Below, one piece after another: positions 9,914 through 18,803 of a stretch of DNA of 38,688 nucleotides. Below the pieces are notes generated by a model. It ran no database searches. It saw only the letters and a list, made by a program, of their open reading frames with translations, and was not told the origin of the DNA. This DNA comes from Sandaracinaceae bacterium. GTDB taxonomy: Bacteria; Myxococcota_A; Polyangia; Polyangiales; Sandaracinaceae. The position numbers were made by a program, and so were the translations under genes. Every line of letters starts with the position of its first letter. Within the stretch, counting starts at the first letter, position 1. The DNA lies in contig JBGAQA010000018.1 of the NCBI GenBank assembly GCA_044220955.1, positions 53,391 to 92,078 on the forward strand, read 5' to 3'.

Positions 9914-11685
9914 CGGACCGCTCCGGGTGCGAAGTGCGGGCTGGTCGTCATGTCCCCGAGCTGTCCGGACGGGTTGTCGCCCCAGCACACGAACCCGGCC
10001 GAGACGCGCGCGCACGTGAACGCGTCGCCGGCCGCGAGCTCCGTCGCCCCGCTGACCCCGACGACGCGCGCGGGTCGCAGCACCGTGGGCGCGGCGAAGC
10101 CGTCCTGGCCGCACTCGCCGCCGAAGTTGAAGCCCCAGCAGTAGACCTCGCCCGCGAGGGTCCGGGCGCAGGTGTGATCCCCACCGGCGGCCAGCTCGAC
10201 CGCCGGCGGCATCGCCGCGGTGGGCGCCGGTGTGAGGTGCACGACCGTGGCCCCGCTCGAGCCGTCGCCGAGCTGGCCGCTCGTCCCGCGGCCCCAGCAG
10301 AGCACGCTCCCGTCCGTGCGGCGGTAGCAGCCGTGCGAGCTGCCGAGCGCGAGCTCGACGGCGCCGCTCACCCCGCCGACGATCAGCGGCGTCGCTGAGA
10401 GCATCGCGCCGGGGATGTCGACGCCGAGCTGGCCCGAGCGATCGTCGCCCCAGCACTGCGCCCGGCCGTCCACCAGACGCGCGCAGGTCCAGTTCGCGCG
10501 CGCCTCGACCTCCGCGGCCGTCGCCGCGAGCGCGAGCGTCGGGGTCGGCATCGGGCGCTGCATCTGCGTGCCATCGCCGAGCTGTCCCGACGAGTTGTCG
10601 CCCCAGCACCGGACCGCGCCCGCGATCACCGCGCACGTGTGGGCGTGGCCGGCGGTGATCCAGCTCGGGCTGAGCGAGCCTGGCACCGGGCCCGGCACCG
10701 CCCGCGCGACGTGGACGCCGTCGCCGAGCTGGCCGGAGGTCGCATCGCCCCAGCACGAGAGCCCGCTCGCGCCGAACGCGCACGAGTGCCCGACGCCGCC
10801 GGCCAGCATCGTGACGCCCGTCGGCGGGGACGTCACGAGCGTCGCCACGTTGCGGTTCATCCCCGAGCCGTCGCCGAGCTGTCCGGTGCCGTTCGCGCCC
10901 CAGCAGCGCAGCTGCCCGTCGCTCGCTCGCGTCGCGCAAGCGTGATCGCTCCCGAGGGCGAGCAGCGGGATGGGCGCCGGGCCCGTCGTCACGCCGGAGT
11001 CGCCGCCGCCCGCGTCGCTCGGACCGGTGTCGAGCCCCGTGTCGAGCCCCGTGTCGAGCCCCGTGTCGAGCATCGCCATGCCGCCGTCGACGCCCGTGTC
11101 GTCGGGCGCGCCGCCGTCCATCCCGGAGGCGTCGACGCCGCCCGCGTCAGCCGATGGGCGCACGCAGACGGTCGGCGATGCCGCGCGATCGCAGACGAGC
11201 CCGTCGCGGCAGTCGCGGTCGGTGTGGCACTGCTCGCGGCAGACGCCGTCGGTCGCGCAGATGAGCACGTCGCCACAGTCGCTGTTGTAGGTGCAGCGCA
11301 TCATGAAAGCGTCGCGGCAGCCCGTGCCGCTCGCGTCGGTCACGCAGCGCGCGCCCGCCGGGCAGTCGACGTCGCTCGCGCACGCCTCCGAGCAGTGCCC
11401 CATCAGGCAGACGAGCGGGGGGACGCAGTCGGTGCTGAGCGCACAGCGATCCTGTTCCGGCAGCTCGCACGCGCCGAGGCCGCGCTCGTCGCGCAGGCAC
11501 ACCAAGCCCGCCCGGCAGTCGCGGTTCAGCCGGCACTCGTCGCGACAGTGCCCGAGCCGGCACACGAGCGGCGCGGCGCACTGCGTCGACAGCTCGCACT
11601 CGTTCCCCAGCGTCAGCTGAGGACGTGCGGAGCAGGCGCACCAGAGGAGCGCGAGTAGGGTGACGTGGGACGGGCGTGGCGCCAC
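9904..11685 (-). CDS. Lipoprotein: Cys-rich N-terminal repeats + RCC1/BLIP-II beta-propeller
   Basis: Lipobox (LWCAC), Cys repeats, D/G/T linker and about seven repeats of HxCA...CWGxNxxGQLG. Confidence 0.88.
   Translation of the reverse strand: MAPRPSHVTLLALLWCACSARPQLTLGNECELSTQCAAPLVCRLGHCRDECRLNRDCRAGLVCLRDERGLGACELPEQDRCALSTDCVPPLVCLMGHCSEACASDVDCPAGARCVTDASGTGCRDAFMMRCTYNSDCGDVLICATDGVCREQCHTDRDCRDGLVCDRAASPTVCVRPSADAGGVDASGMDGGAPDDTGVDGGMAMLDTGLDTGLDTGLDTGPSDAGGGDSGVTTGPAPIPLLALGSDHACATRASDGQLRCWGANGTGQLGDGSGMNRNVATLVTSPPTGVTMLAGGVGHSCAFGASGLSCWGDATSGQLGDGVHVARAVPGPVPGSLSPSWITAGHAHTCAVIAGAVRCWGDNSSGQLGDGTQMQRPMPTPTLALAATAAEVEARANWTCARLVDGRAQCWGDDRSGQLGVDIPGAMLSATPLIVGGVSGAVELALGSSHGCYRRTDGSVLCWGRGTSGQLGDGSSGATVVHLTPAPTAAMPPAVELAAGGDHTCARTLAGEVYCWGFNFGGECGQDGFAAPTVLRPARVVGVSGATELAAGDAFTCARVSAGFVCWGDNPSGQLGDMTTSPHFAPGAVRWL
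11027..11071. repeat. 12-bp tandem repeat (gtgtcgagcccc x3.75) encoding a (GLDT)n linker
   Basis: Read directly from the sequence; in frame within 9904..11685. Confidence 0.9.
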
Positions 11686-11781
11686 TCTTCGAGCAGGATA
11701 GCGCGCTTCTCGTTGACTCGATGCGACTACGTCGGCATCGTTCTGTTGGATCGCCTCTCCCGCGCATCACCCGGAGGTAGC

Positions 11782-12897
11782 GTGGTCGTCGAGCCGCCGT
11801 TCTCTGCTCACCGCGTCCGCTGCGATCGCAGCATGCCCCTCTTGCTGTGCGTCGTCGCGCTCGCCGGATGCGGACGCGTCGACGACGGAGCCAGCGACGC
11901 CGACGGGGCGCTGATCGTGACCGGCCACTGCTCCGTGAGCGCGATGGGTGTGATGCCTGGTGGCGAAGGCGTGACTGGATCGATCACGGGCGCGGGCGCC
12001 GTGCCCACCGGCACGTGGCAGAGCGCGACCCCGAGCGACGGCTTCATCGGCGCGCCGGACTGGCTCGAGTGCCGCGTCAACGGCGCGACCGTCGCCGACT
12101 TCACGGGCACCGGCAGCTGGAACGGCGCGCCCGGCTACACGTTCCGCGTCCACGTGCAGGATCGCGGCGCGCCCGGAGCGCCCGTGCGCATCGAGGGCGC
12201 GCCCACGACCGTCACCCTGGACGCGACGCGCACGTACTCGCCGAGCCGCTGGACCGACGGCACGGCGAGGTTCGACGCCGGTGCGTACGCGACGATCCCG
12301 GCCTCGCTGCCGGTCACCGTCGGAAACGCCGGCAACCAGTGGGCGTGGGTCACGTTCGCGCCCGACGCGGGCGGCGCCGCCTCGCTCGCCTATCCCGTGC
12401 GCTGCCGCTACCGCGGCGGCGCGCACGGCCCGAACCCGACGTCGCCGAGCGACGTGGCGGCGGGTCTCTCGTACGCGTTCGTCGACTGCCAGCGGCCGTG
12501 CACCGACGCGCACGACGGCGACGACGACGACGACGAGGACGACGAACGCGAGCATGGCGGGCGGCTCTATGCGCGCGGGGACGACGACCACGCGTGCCAT
12601 GGCGACGACGACGACGGAGAGCACGACGAGTGGTGCACGGATCCGGCGATCCTCGCGGGCGCGCAGCTCGAGGTCTCCTCGACGACCGTCCACGTGCAGA
12701 GCGGCTCGAGCCGCTACCCCTCGCGCCGGGCGGCGCGAACTACGGTGTCGGTCGGCATCGCTGCGACGCCCTTCGTGCTCGTCCCGCCCGAGAACGATTT
12801 CTATCGCTTCGCCGTCTGGGACGCCTCGGGCGCGCTCGTACACAGCGCCGATGGAGACCTCGGCAGCGGCGACATCCAGGTCACGCTCCTGCCGTAG
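11782..12897 (+). CDS. Hypothetical lipoprotein with split post-COAP-1-like beta domain and Asp/His-rich tract
   Basis: GGAGG then GTG 11782 (alternative start ATG 11833); lipobox LAGC; GYTFRVHVQDRGAPG ... DFYRFAVWD..GDLGSGDIQV. Confidence 0.75.
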   Translation: MVVEPPFSAHRVRCDRSMPLLLCVVALAGCGRVDDGASDADGALIVTGHCSVSAMGVMPGGEGVTGSITGAGAVPTGTWQSATPSDGFIGAPDWLECRVNGATVADFTGTGSWNGAPGYTFRVHVQDRGAPGAPVRIEGAPTTVTLDATRTYSPSRWTDGTARFDAGAYATIPASLPVTVGNAGNQWAWVTFAPDAGGAASLAYPVRCRYRGGAHGPNPTSPSDVAAGLSYAFVDCQRPCTDAHDGDDDDDEDDEREHGGRLYARGDDDHACHGDDDDGEHDEWCTDPAILAGAQLEVSSTTVHVQSGSSRYPSRRAARTTVSVGIAATPFVLVPPENDFYRFAVWDASGALVHSADGDLGSGDIQVTLLP

Positions 12898-13155
12898 ACC
12901 ACGCGTCCGGCGGCCGAGGCTCGAGGCCGGGAGCTGGCGGGTCGGCCGCGGGCTGGAGCGATTGTGCTCGGCCACCCGCGCATCACGCTCGATGACCGCG
13001 GCGCGCGCCTCCTGCGCGGGCTCGCTCGATCGGGCTGCCCGCGAGCGCGATCCTGGCTGCGTCGGCCTCGGAGGTCTTCGTCGTGGTCTCGATCGGTCGC
13101 ATGGCGGGGGTCCCGTGCGTTGGCGAGATTGACAATCGGCTACCGGCCGGCGCGG

Positions 13156-13974
13156 CTACGGGCTGACGCGGAAGAGTCTCTCGAAGCTCTCGGCGAGCTG
13201 CGCGTGCGCCGCCTCCTCGCTGCACTTCCAGAGCTCGGCCGCGTAGCGCGCCGTGTCGGCCACGCACGCTGGCTCGCTGTCCTCGCCCGGCACGGGGCCG
13301 AGGTAGGGGCAATCGGTCTCGAGCAAGATCCGATCGCGCGGGAGGGTCTCCAGCATGCGGGTGAAGCCCTCGTGCCGCCGCGCGTTGCTCGGGATCGAGA
13401 GGCAGTGCCCGCGCTCGGCGATCTGCCGCGCGAGGCCGATCTTTCCGCCGAAGCAGTGCCAGTCGACGCGCCTCGCGCCCATCTCGTCGAGGATCTCGAG
13501 CGCGCGCTTCTCGCGACGGCGCGTGTGGATGATGATCGCCTTGTCGTGCTCGAGCGCGATCGCGACCAGCGCGCGGAACGCCCGCTCCTGCTCGTCCCAG
13601 AGCTCCTTGGGGACCCAGTAGCCGTCGAGGCCGATCTCGCCGACGGCGAACGCGTCGGCGGCGTTCTCGCGCACCCACGCGATGCCCTCCTCCATCGAGC
13701 AAGCGGGCACGTCGCGCGGGTACTTCTTGAGCTTTCCCTCCTGCGCGAGGGCGTCCATCTGCGGCAGCACCGTGTCGACCGGGTAGAAGCCGAAGCACGC
13801 TTTGACGATCGGCGAGCGCGACGCGAGCGCGCGCACCTCCTCGTTGTCGGTCGGGTTCAGCCCGTTGACGAGGATGGAGGTGACGCCCGCGCGGACCGCG
13901 CTCGCGAGCACCTCGGTCTCGCGCGGCGCGAGCCTCGGGCTCGTCAGATGCGCGTGGACGTCGAAGAGCCCCAC
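13156..13974 (-). CDS. tatD: TatD-family metal-dependent hydrolase/DNase
   Basis: DVHAHL, AVGEIGLD, IIIHTR, HCFGG and LLETDCPY motifs. Confidence 0.93.
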   Translation of the reverse strand: MGLFDVHAHLTSPRLAPRETEVLASAVRAGVTSILVNGLNPTDNEEVRALASRSPIVKACFGFYPVDTVLPQMDALAQEGKLKKYPRDVPACSMEEGIAWVRENAADAFAVGEIGLDGYWVPKELWDEQERAFRALVAIALEHDKAIIIHTRRREKRALEILDEMGARRVDWHCFGGKIGLARQIAERGHCLSIPSNARRHEGFTRMLETLPRDRILLETDCPYLGPVPGEDSEPACVADTARYAAELWKCSEEAAHAQLAESFERLFRVSP

Positions 13975-13981
13975 GGAAGGG

Positions 13982-14572
13982 TCACGCCTTCGCGACGGCC
14001 TTCGGTGCGTCCTTCTTGCCGCCCTCGGGCTCGTCCCCGTCCTTGTCGCCGCGGCGTCCCATCACGTACGTCGCGACGCCGAGCAAGAGGATCACGAACG
14101 TCCCGACCGCGACCGTCCACAGGCCGTAGCCGGTGAACTGCACGAACATCGACCCCAGCACGTAGAGCCCGTACGCGAGCATCCCGACCGCGACGGCGAT
14201 GGCCGTCTGCCCGGCGTAGCGGAAGCCCATGAACGACGCGGCGCTCAGCAGCGCGCCGAGGATCGGCACGATCAGGATCGCGACCGGCGGCGTGCCCTCC
14301 ACGCTCTCCCAGGTCGTCAGCAGATCGAGGCCGTTCTGGAAGTGCTCCGGCACCGCCGCCGTGTCGCCCACCGCCTCCGTCGCCGGGTAGCGCACCCAGG
14401 GCAGGAAGAAACCGACGAGCAGCGAGAGCCCCGAGAACCCCAGGAGCGCGCGCATCACGATGTGCGGCGGCTTCTGCGCGGGCTTCTCGGGCTCGGCGGA
14501 CGCGTCCGCGCCGTCCTTGGCGGGCTCGGCGGGCTTGGCGGACGGCTTGGCTTTGTCGATCGTGTCGGCCAT
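13982..14572 (-). CDS. Hypothetical 4-TM membrane protein
   Basis: MADTIDKAK...; hydrophobic helices and GFFLPW motif; ends 7 nt upstream of tatD. Confidence 0.8.
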   Translation of the reverse strand: MADTIDKAKPSAKPAEPAKDGADASAEPEKPAQKPPHIVMRALLGFSGLSLLVGFFLPWVRYPATEAVGDTAAVPEHFQNGLDLLTTWESVEGTPPVAILIVPILGALLSAASFMGFRYAGQTAIAVAVGMLAYGLYVLGSMFVQFTGYGLWTVAVGTFVILLLGVATYVMGRRGDKDGDEPEGGKKDAPKAVAKA

Positions 14573-14650
14573 GGGGCGCGAGCCTATCGCGTGCGTCCGC
14601 CGTACGCGAGGACTGGCTCGTGCGCGCGCGGCCGCTATCCTCGCGCGCCG

Positions 14651-15196
14651 ATGCCGTCCCTCGCCGAACTGCCGCCGCTCCCCTGCGATGTCCCGGCCGA
14701 CTTCGTCGCCGACTGTCCCTACGGGCCCGGAGGGTTCCTCATCGATCGGATCCTCGCGATCGATCCCGACCAGCACGTCGTCCGCGTGCGCATGCCGACG
14801 CACGAGGAGCTGCCCATCACGCGCGAGCAGCGCGCGCACCCGCTCAGGCACCCCCGCCACGTCTCGGGCGGCCTGATGGTGCACATGACGGGCATGGTCG
14901 CCTTCGTGCACAGCTACTACGTGCTCGGCCTCGCGCACCGTGACGGCTGGATCGGCTACGGCGGGCGGATCCACTCGGCGAAATTCAAGAACCTGGCGCT
15001 GCCGGGCGAGCCGCTGGAGCTCGAGTGCACCGTCACGCAGATCCGCAGGCGCCAGACCCGTGTCGTGGCGCGCTACGCCTTCCGGTTCTTCCAGAACGGG
15101 ACGATCATCTACGAGGGCGACCAGACGGCCATGTGGATGAAGATCGACGAGAACGGCGGCCCGCCGCCGCTGATGGGCGGGGGAGACGACGGATGA
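14651..15196 (+). CDS. Hotdog-fold FabA/FabZ-like protein
   Basis: PYGPGGFLIDRI resembles FabZ PHRYPFLLVDR; AKFKNLALPGEPL resembles ArFrxPVxPGDxL. Confidence 0.75.
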   Translation: MPSLAELPPLPCDVPADFVADCPYGPGGFLIDRILAIDPDQHVVRVRMPTHEELPITREQRAHPLRHPRHVSGGLMVHMTGMVAFVHSYYVLGLAHRDGWIGYGGRIHSAKFKNLALPGEPLELECTVTQIRRRQTRVVARYAFRFFQNGTIIYEGDQTAMWMKIDENGGPPPLMGGGDDG

Positions 15197-15768
15197 GGGA
15201 CGAGGCCGGGTCGGACGTCTCGGCGCACCTCGCGCGCAACCTCGTGTCGCTGCGCGGCGCGCGCGGTCTCTCGCAGGTCGACCTCGGCCGGAAGGCGGAG
15301 GTGCCGCGCTCGACGATCGCGAACCTCGAGTCGGGCGACGGGAATCCCTCGCTGGCGGTGCTCGTGAAGGTCGCGCGCGCGCTCGACGCGCCGATCGACG
15401 AGCTGCTCGCGGCGCCGAGGGAGAAGGTACGCAAGTACGCGCCCGGCGAGATGCCCGAGCTGCGCCGCGCCGGCCGCGGCGTCTCGATGCGACCGGTCGT
15501 CGTCGGCCCCTCGCCGCACGAGGTGATGGCGATCGTCACGTTCGAGCGCGGAGGCGTGATGCCCGGCCTGCCGCACCTGCCGGGCACGCGCGAGTTCTTC
15601 ACGCTGATGGAGGGGCACCTCGCGATCATCGTCGCGGGCGAGAAGCACGAGCTCCTGCCCGGCGAGCTGCTCGCGTTCCCCGGCAACGTGTCGCACGGCT
15701 ACCAGAACCTGCACAAGGGCGTCTCGCGTGGAGTCAGCGTGGTGTTGCTCTCGAGCGCGGGCGTGTGA
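15193..15768 (+). CDS. XRE-family HTH regulator with C-terminal cupin
   Basis: LRGARGLSQVDLGRKAEVPRSTIANLESGDGNPS; cupin H..GTREF...L.PGE...F.GNVSHGYQN. ATGA overlap with the upstream gene. Confidence 0.92.
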   Translation: MRDEAGSDVSAHLARNLVSLRGARGLSQVDLGRKAEVPRSTIANLESGDGNPSLAVLVKVARALDAPIDELLAAPREKVRKYAPGEMPELRRAGRGVSMRPVVVGPSPHEVMAIVTFERGGVMPGLPHLPGTREFFTLMEGHLAIIVAGEKHELLPGELLAFPGNVSHGYQNLHKGVSRGVSVVLLSSAGV

Positions 15769-15816
15769 GCCAGACACGGGCAGTTCGGGCCACGCGAGCA
15801 TGTGGAGGACGGAGCC

Positions 15817-17883
15817 TCACACGCACTGGCCGTGCGCGTCGCAGGTCAGGCCGCCCGTGCAGTCCGTGTCGACCAGGCACTCGATCGGCAGCCGGCAGAA
15901 GCCGTCCACGCACACGCGCCCCGGCTCGGAGCAGTCGTGCGTGATGCGGCACGCGGTCGTCGGCGTGCAGAAGCCGATGTCACAGTGCTCGTCGACGAGG
16001 CAGTCGGTGTCCCGCACACACGAGGGCGGCGGAAGCACGTAGCAGAGGCCCGCGAAGCAGCTCTGCCCGGGCGGGCAGCCGGCGTCGCTCGTGCAGCCGC
16101 CGGGGTTCGTGCACTCGTTGTTGACGCAGCGTCGCCCGTCCGAGCAGTCCGTGTCCGAGCCGCAGAGCAGCCAGGGGACGCAGCGGTGCGCCGCGCAAGT
16201 CCAGCCGCGGTTGCACTCGATGTCGGTCGCGCAGCTCGTCGGCTGACACCAGCCGCCCTCGCAGCGCTGCCCGGTCGTGCACTCCGCGTCCACGTTGCAG
16301 TCGGGTGCGAGGAAGCAGGTGCCGCCGGCCGTGCACGCCGTCCCCGGCGGGCAGCCGCCGGTCGAGCCGCCGTCGGGCGTGCCGACGTCCACTCCGCCGC
16401 CGTCGATCGTGGGCGGGGCCATGCAGAACGGGAACGCGAAGCACTGATCGCCGACGCACTGCCAGCTCGTCGGGCAGTCGGCGCTCGTCGCGCAGTGCAC
16501 GTCCGCGATGCACGAGCTCGTGCCGAGGTTGCAGATCGTGCCCGCCATGCAGTCGGCGTTCGCGCGGCAGGGCATCGTCTGGCACGCGCCCGCGATGCAG
16601 TGCTCGCCCATCGTGCAGTCGCCATCGCCGCGGCAAGAGGTGCTCGCCGTGCACGAGCCCAGCACGCAGCGGCCGCCGCCGGGGCAGTCCGCGTCGCGTC
16701 CGCACCCGCCGACGAACACGCAGCCCGAGCCGATGCAGACCTCGCGCGCGGGGCAGTCGGCGTCGCTCGCGCACGCGCCCGTGAAGACGCAGCGGCCGCC
16801 CTGGCAAGCGTAGCCGCTCGCCGCGCAGTCGGCGCTCGTCGCGCACTCGGGCGGCGGCACGCACACCGCGTCCTCGCAGACCTGGCCCGTGGGGCAGGGC
16901 ACGTCGGTCGAGCAGTCGTGCCGGTCGCCGCAGAAGCCGAAGTCGCAGACTTGGCCGGGGCCGCACTCGCGATCGTAGTGGCAGTTCGCCGTCGGGATGG
17001 GGATGCACGCGCCGTCGATGCAGACCGGCCCACCGCAGTCGAGATCGCTCGTGCAGCCGCCGGGGACCCGGCAGCTGTGGTCCAGGCAGCGCATCGCCGG
17101 GTCGAAGCCCATGCAGTCCGCGTCGCTGCCGCAGATGAGCGGCGGGAAGCAGCGGCTCGCGATGCACTCGAACGCCGCCGGGCACTCGGCCGTCGAGGTA
17201 CACGACACCGGCACGCAGCGGTTCCAGTCGCAGCGCTCGGTCGCCCCGCAGTCCGCGTCCGCCACGCACTGAGGCGGCGGCACGCAGCGGAAGCCGTCGC
17301 AGCGCTCCGGCGGCGGGCAGTCCGCGCTCACGCTGCAGCGCCGGAACGGCGTGCAGTGCGAGAGGATGCAGAGGTCGCCCGGCGCGCACTCGGCGTCGTG
17401 CGTGCACGGCACGTCGGCGATGCAGCGGTTGTTCAGGAACTCGCAGATCTCACCGGGCCCGCAGTCGAGGTCACGCGCGCAGCTCGACGGGACGCAGCGC
17501 CCCTCGCGGCATCGATCGCTCGTCGCGCAGTCGGCGTCGGCCATGCAGTCGCAGCTCGCCGCACCGCAAGGACCGACGCACGAGCCGCCGTTGCACGTGG
17601 TGCCGGCGGGGCAGTCGGCGTTCGTCGTGCATGCGGCGTGGGACACGCACGCCCCGCGCTCGCAGACCTGGCCGGGATCACAGTCGAGATCGCCGACGCA
17701 CTCCGGGCGTCCTCCGTCGAGCCGTGGGCCGGAGTCGAGACGCAAAGACGTGTCGCGGCCGGAGCCCATGTCGACCGCCGGGGAGCCCGAGTCGTCGGTC
17801 GCCGTGTGCGACTCGCTACAGCCCGCCGACGCGGCGAGGCCCACCAGCACCGCGATGCCCAGGAACCGGCCGCACCACGTCAT
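15817..17883 (-). CDS. Large Cys-rich repeat lipoprotein (26 four-Cys repeats)
   Basis: Lipobox ASAGC followed by CxxDADCxxGxxCxxGxC repeats running to the C-terminus. Confidence 0.88.
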   Translation of the reverse strand: MTWCGRFLGIAVLVGLAASAGCSESHTATDDSGSPAVDMGSGRDTSLRLDSGPRLDGGRPECVGDLDCDPGQVCERGACVSHAACTTNADCPAGTTCNGGSCVGPCGAASCDCMADADCATSDRCREGRCVPSSCARDLDCGPGEICEFLNNRCIADVPCTHDAECAPGDLCILSHCTPFRRCSVSADCPPPERCDGFRCVPPPQCVADADCGATERCDWNRCVPVSCTSTAECPAAFECIASRCFPPLICGSDADCMGFDPAMRCLDHSCRVPGGCTSDLDCGGPVCIDGACIPIPTANCHYDRECGPGQVCDFGFCGDRHDCSTDVPCPTGQVCEDAVCVPPPECATSADCAASGYACQGGRCVFTGACASDADCPAREVCIGSGCVFVGGCGRDADCPGGGRCVLGSCTASTSCRGDGDCTMGEHCIAGACQTMPCRANADCMAGTICNLGTSSCIADVHCATSADCPTSWQCVGDQCFAFPFCMAPPTIDGGGVDVGTPDGGSTGGCPPGTACTAGGTCFLAPDCNVDAECTTGQRCEGGWCQPTSCATDIECNRGWTCAAHRCVPWLLCGSDTDCSDGRRCVNNECTNPGGCTSDAGCPPGQSCFAGLCYVLPPPSCVRDTDCLVDEHCDIGFCTPTTACRITHDCSEPGRVCVDGFCRLPIECLVDTDCTGGLTCDAHGQCV

Positions 17884-18803
17884 CCTTCCATCGTACTCTC
17901 GGGCCGAGCCTGGGGTCGAGCAGGGCCCTCAGCGTGCTCGTCCGCGAGCCGTCGCGCCGACGCGAGGGCGCGCGGTCCGAACCGCCGCCCGAGCTCCGCC
18001 TCGGCGCGCATGCGTGCGCCGTCTTCGCCGAGCACGCCGTTCGCGACGACGCGCGTGATCAGTCGGAGCTTGCCGTACCAGTCTGCGGAGAACCTCCACG
18101 CGTCGAGGCGCGCCAGCGCGGCCGGCGCGTGCCCCTCGCAGGCGAGCGCCAGCGCGTCGAGCACCTCTGCGTGCGCTTCGAGCAGGGACAGCGAGATCGG
18201 TCTCTGGATCGACTCCAGCGCCGAGCGCGCGGCCGGCATGTCGTTCGCGAAGATCTCGACGTGCGCCCAGAGCAACGCATGGTTCGCGAACGACGCCCCT
18301 TTGAACGTCAGACCGCTCATCCGCTCGAGCACGGGACGCGCCGCCTCGGGCTCGTCGGCGTCGATGAGGTATGCCGCGCCGATGAGGCCGGCCTGCGCCC
18401 ACACGCCGAGCGCGGCCGCGTTGCTGCTCGGGGGGCGTGCTCGATCCAGCGTGGGCGCCATCGCCGCCATCGCTCGCGGCCGTTCCGCGTCGCGGGCGAG
18501 CGACGGCGTCAGCCGCTTCACCGCACGGATCGGCGCGTAGCGGATCACGAGCCGCGTGATCGCGAGCGCGCCTCCGCCCGCGGCGATGGCGAGCGCCCAC
18601 GGGGGCGGAGCGCGGAAGACGACGCTCAGGGCTCCGGGCGTCAGCGCGCTCAGGGCGCTCTGCGAGAAGATCGGACCGAGCGCCGACGTCGCCCAGCGCT
18701 CCCGTGGGATGGCGGTGATCTGCGGCAGGATCGCGATGGTGGCGACGCCGGCCGCGGCGCTCGCGATCAAGACGACGAGGAGCGAGGTCGCGTGCACCTT
18801 CAC
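17880..18803 (-). CDS. Hypothetical membrane protein with helical (TPR-like) C-terminal region
   Basis: GTG 18803 overlaps the upstream TGA and its stop overlaps ATG 17883; two hydrophobic segments. Confidence 0.6.
   Translation of the reverse strand: MKVHATSLLVVLIASAAAGVATIAILPQITAIPRERWATSALGPIFSQSALSALTPGALSVVFRAPPPWALAIAAGGGALAITRLVIRYAPIRAVKRLTPSLARDAERPRAMAAMAPTLDRARPPSSNAAALGVWAQAGLIGAAYLIDADEPEAARPVLERMSGLTFKGASFANHALLWAHVEIFANDMPAARSALESIQRPISLSLLEAHAEVLDALALACEGHAPAALARLDAWRFSADWYGKLRLITRVVANGVLGEDGARMRAEAELGRRFGPRALASARRLADEHAEGPARPQARPESTMEG

Noticed and set aside
11027..11071. Short direct repeats (also 35442-35520 and 38588-38688) as CRISPR arrays
   Set aside because: No spacers, unit lengths are multiples of 3 within coding linkers, and no cas genes are present.
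13156..13974. TatD as part of an anti-phage system (QatABCD-like)
   Set aside because: No ATPase, QueC or other defence genes nearby; it looks like a stand-alone TatD.
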